Part shown: positions 61,610 through 64,000 of the stretch, piece after piece | How the letters are laid out: every line of letters begins with the position of its first letter | Position numbering within the stretch: the stretch's first letter is position 1 | Assembly: GCA_963790305.1 (NCBI GenBank) | Contig: CAWBOC010000005.1 | Coordinates: 736,001 to 800,000, forward strand | Source: an uncultured Gemmatimonadaceae bacterium | GTDB taxonomy: Bacteria; Gemmatimonadota; Gemmatimonadetes; Gemmatimonadales; Gemmatimonadaceae | Direction: 5' to 3' | DNA: 64,000 nucleotides | Position numbers and translations under genes: made by a program | The notes under the pieces: generated by a model | Databases searched by the model: none | What the model saw: only the letters and a program-made list of their open reading frames with translations | Told to the model about the DNA's origin: nothing

Positions 61610-63949
61610 ATGCTTCACGCCCTCCCGTTCGCTCTCGCGGCTGCGCTCAGCTTCCAGCAGGTCGAGACGCAGACCGCCTCATCCCGCGACTCCGCGGAAG
61701 CGGTGCGCGATTCCGTTCGCCAGGTTCGGCGCGAGCGACGCAAGCAGGAAGGGTCGAGCGTCCTTCGCGCCCGCAAGTCGCGGATCCCGCTCACCGCGGA
61801 GCTGCTCGCCAACGCGTATCGCGACGCGAGCGCTCGCGACATTGTCTCGCGCGCGCGCTTTGCGCGGCTGGAGCAGGACTCGTCGCTCATCGCCTACGAC
61901 GCGCGCACGCTCCAGCGCATCTCCGCCAAGCTCGGCCTCCGTGCCATGGGCCGCGAGCGCCTCGTCTTCCGCACCGAGAGCGCCACGCGCGTTCGCTGGC
62001 ATCGCGAGAGCGGCGCGTGGATCGATGTCGAAGGGACGCGCACCGCGATTCCCGTCGCATTCCCGGGTGCGAAGGCCATGGCGGGGATGCTCGAGATGAG
62101 TCCCGTTCCCTACTTCCCTGGACGCGAAGGGCTGTTGCGATTCACGGGCATGGAGAACGTGACCGACGATGAGGGGCTGTTCGTCCACCCGCTCGCCGAG
62201 GGCGCCGAGTCGTACTACCGCTACGAGACTGGCGACACCATCTCGTACTCTCTGCCCGGCGGTCGAACCATTCGCATCGTCGAGATCAACGTCCGCGCGC
62301 GCGAGCCCGCCTTCGACCTGATTCTCGGCTCTCTCTGGTTCGACATCGGCACCTCGCAGATCGTGCGCGCCGCGTATCGGCCCGCGGCTCCTTTCGACAT
62401 CAAGCGGTTCGTGGAAGAAGAGGAAGGGAAAGAGGAGTTCGACGATGTCCCGCGCGCGATCCGTCCGCTGATCTTCCCGATGGTCGCCACCCTCGAGGCG
62501 TTCACCATCGAGTACGGATTGCATCAGGGGCGCTGGTGGCTGCCGCGACTTCAGTCGGTCACCGGCCGTGTGCAGGTGGGCGTGATGCGCTCCCCGTTCG
62601 AAATCCTCGAAACGTTCAGCTACGCCAGCGTCAATGGCGCCGAGCGAATGCCGCTCGTCGTGGTCGATACGATGGAGCCGCGCCCGAAGACCGACGTCCA
62701 GATCAACGTCGGCCCCGGAGAGAAGCACGATCACGTCGACAACGGCTTTGGTGACTGTGCCCCAGGTGATACGCTCACGCGCACCGAGCTGCGCTACAAC
62801 AAGACGGTGCCGGTCGCCATTCGCATCCCGTGCGATACGGTGGCCCTCGCGGCATCGCCAGCGCTCCCTCGTTCGATCTTCGATCCTTCGGATGAGCTAT
62901 TCGGCGCGAACGAGCGCAAGGAGCTCGAGGGCGAGCTCACCTGGGATCTGCAGCCCGAATGGTCACCGCGTGAAATCGGCTTCAGCATCCTCGAGCGTGG
63001 AATGCTGCGGTACAACCGCGTCGAGGGATTGTCCGCCGGCGGATCCATCTCGCAGGAGCTGGGCGCTGGAATGTCGTGGCAGGCGACTGGGCGCATCGGG
63101 CACGCTGATCTCGAGCCGAACGCCGACCTTCGCATCACGCGCGGGGACGCGGTCCGCGGCATCTCGCTCGGCGCCTATCGACGCCTGGCGGTGGTCGACG
63201 ACTGGGGCGCCCCGTTAGGCCTCGGCAACTCCGTCAACGCGCTGCTCTTTGGCCGCGACGAAGGCTTCTATTACCGCACCGCCGGACTCGAGCTCACCGG
63301 TGTGAACGGCCCGTTCGAGTGGCGGCTCTTCGGCGAGCGACAGCGCAACGCCCCGGTGGAGACGCAATTCTCGCTGCCGCACGCGATCAACGGTCTGCGC
63401 TTTCGCGAGAATGTCGTCGCGACGCGGGCCGACCTCGCCGGCGCGAGTGTGCGCGTTCCCTTCTCGTTCGGGCTCGATCCCCAGGCGCTGCGCCTCAGCG
63501 GCGCTGTGCGCGTCGAGGGCGCCACGGGTGATCTGGAGTTTGGGCGCGGCGCGGTGGACCTGACAATGACGCGTGCACTGCCCGGGCGCCTGGCGGGCGC
63601 GCTCACGATGAGCGGAGGGACGACGGCTGGCGACGTGCCCCCGCAGCGGCTCTGGTACCTCGGCGGCACGCACACGGTGCGGGGGCACTCGATCGGAACG
63701 AGCGCAGGCGACGCCTTCTGGCTCGGCCGCGCCGAGGTGTCGACCGATCGCCTGACCTTCCGCCCGGTGGTCTTTTTCGATGCGGGATGGGCTGGCTCGC
63801 GCGACGACTGGGCCCACCCCGGCAAGCCGATGCTCGGCGCCGGACTCGGCTGGTCGGTCCTCGAGGGTCTGGTTCGATTCGACTTGGCGAAGGGGATCAG
63901 GCCGAATAGAGGGCTGAGGGCGTCGTTCTATCTGGACGCCAATTTCTAA
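61610..63949 (+). CDS. Outer-membrane beta-barrel protein (Omp85/BamA-like C-terminus)
   Basis: Signal peptide; RYNRVEGLS, LGGTHTVRG, FFDAGW; C-terminal Phe. Confidence 0.75.
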   Translation: MLHALPFALAAALSFQQVETQTASSRDSAEAVRDSVRQVRRERRKQEGSSVLRARKSRIPLTAELLANAYRDASARDIVSRARFARLEQDSSLIAYDARTLQRISAKLGLRAMGRERLVFRTESATRVRWHRESGAWIDVEGTRTAIPVAFPGAKAMAGMLEMSPVPYFPGREGLLRFTGMENVTDDEGLFVHPLAEGAESYYRYETGDTISYSLPGGRTIRIVEINVRAREPAFDLILGSLWFDIGTSQIVRAAYRPAAPFDIKRFVEEEEGKEEFDDVPRAIRPLIFPMVATLEAFTIEYGLHQGRWWLPRLQSVTGRVQVGVMRSPFEILETFSYASVNGAERMPLVVVDTMEPRPKTDVQINVGPGEKHDHVDNGFGDCAPGDTLTRTELRYNKTVPVAIRIPCDTVALAASPALPRSIFDPSDELFGANERKELEGELTWDLQPEWSPREIGFSILERGMLRYNRVEGLSAGGSISQELGAGMSWQATGRIGHADLEPNADLRITRGDAVRGISLGAYRRLAVVDDWGAPLGLGNSVNALLFGRDEGFYYRTAGLELTGVNGPFEWRLFGERQRNAPVETQFSLPHAINGLRFRENVVATRADLAGASVRVPFSFGLDPQALRLSGAVRVEGATGDLEFGRGAVDLTMTRALPGRLAGALTMSGGTTAGDVPPQRLWYLGGTHTVRGHSIGTSAGDAFWLGRAEVSTDRLTFRPVVFFDAGWAGSRDDWAHPGKPMLGAGLGWSVLEGLVRFDLAKGIRPNRGLRASFYLDANF

Positions 63950-63950
63950 G

Positions 63951-64000
63951 GGTGTCGAGGTCGTCGAGGTAGTCCAGGTGATCGAGGTGAAGTCGCCTCG
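63951..64000. repeat. Left arm of GAGGTCGTC-family palindrome, copy 4 (cut by window end)
   Basis: TCGAGGTCGTCGAGGTAGTCCAGGTGATCGAGGTGAAGTCGCCTCG; GGTGAAGTCGC is shared with copy 2. Confidence 0.8.

Noticed and set aside
924..63825. Long overlapping or antisense ORFs (e.g. 924..2522, 2854..3891, 27436..28581, 48507..50630, 50703..52115)
   Set aside because: Arg/Ala/Gly-rich shadow frames of real genes, expected in high-GC DNA.

Overview
High-GC bacterial chromosomal window (roughly two-thirds G+C by eye) with about 70 closely packed genes: transporters, secreted hydrolases, redox and repair functions. The gene style suggests a Gemmatimonadota-like soil bacterium (inference only). I found no rRNA, tRNA, CRISPR array, integrase or classical transposase. 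Many genes are broken by single-base indels, most densely at 45.3-48.9 kb and 54.6-57.6 kb; these look like long-read consensus errors. Four signals stand out. (1) A GxxExxY (PD-(D/E)XK-like) nuclease gene lies inside terminal inverted repeats with 9-nt periodic arms (5630-6194), and an empty 198-bp element with the same ends follows immediately (6216-6413). (2) At least nine other intergenic palindromes are built from 7-, 9- or 10-nt tandem units and fall into several families. Together with (1) they suggest a REP/RAYT-like mobile repeat system. (3) An OsmC-family gene has an in-frame UGA at the second catalytic Cys position, followed by a SECIS-like hairpin; it is a probable selenoprotein directly upstream of msrA. 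(4) The heptamer CGTTAGG/CCTAACG is over-represented on both strands, even inside coding sequence.
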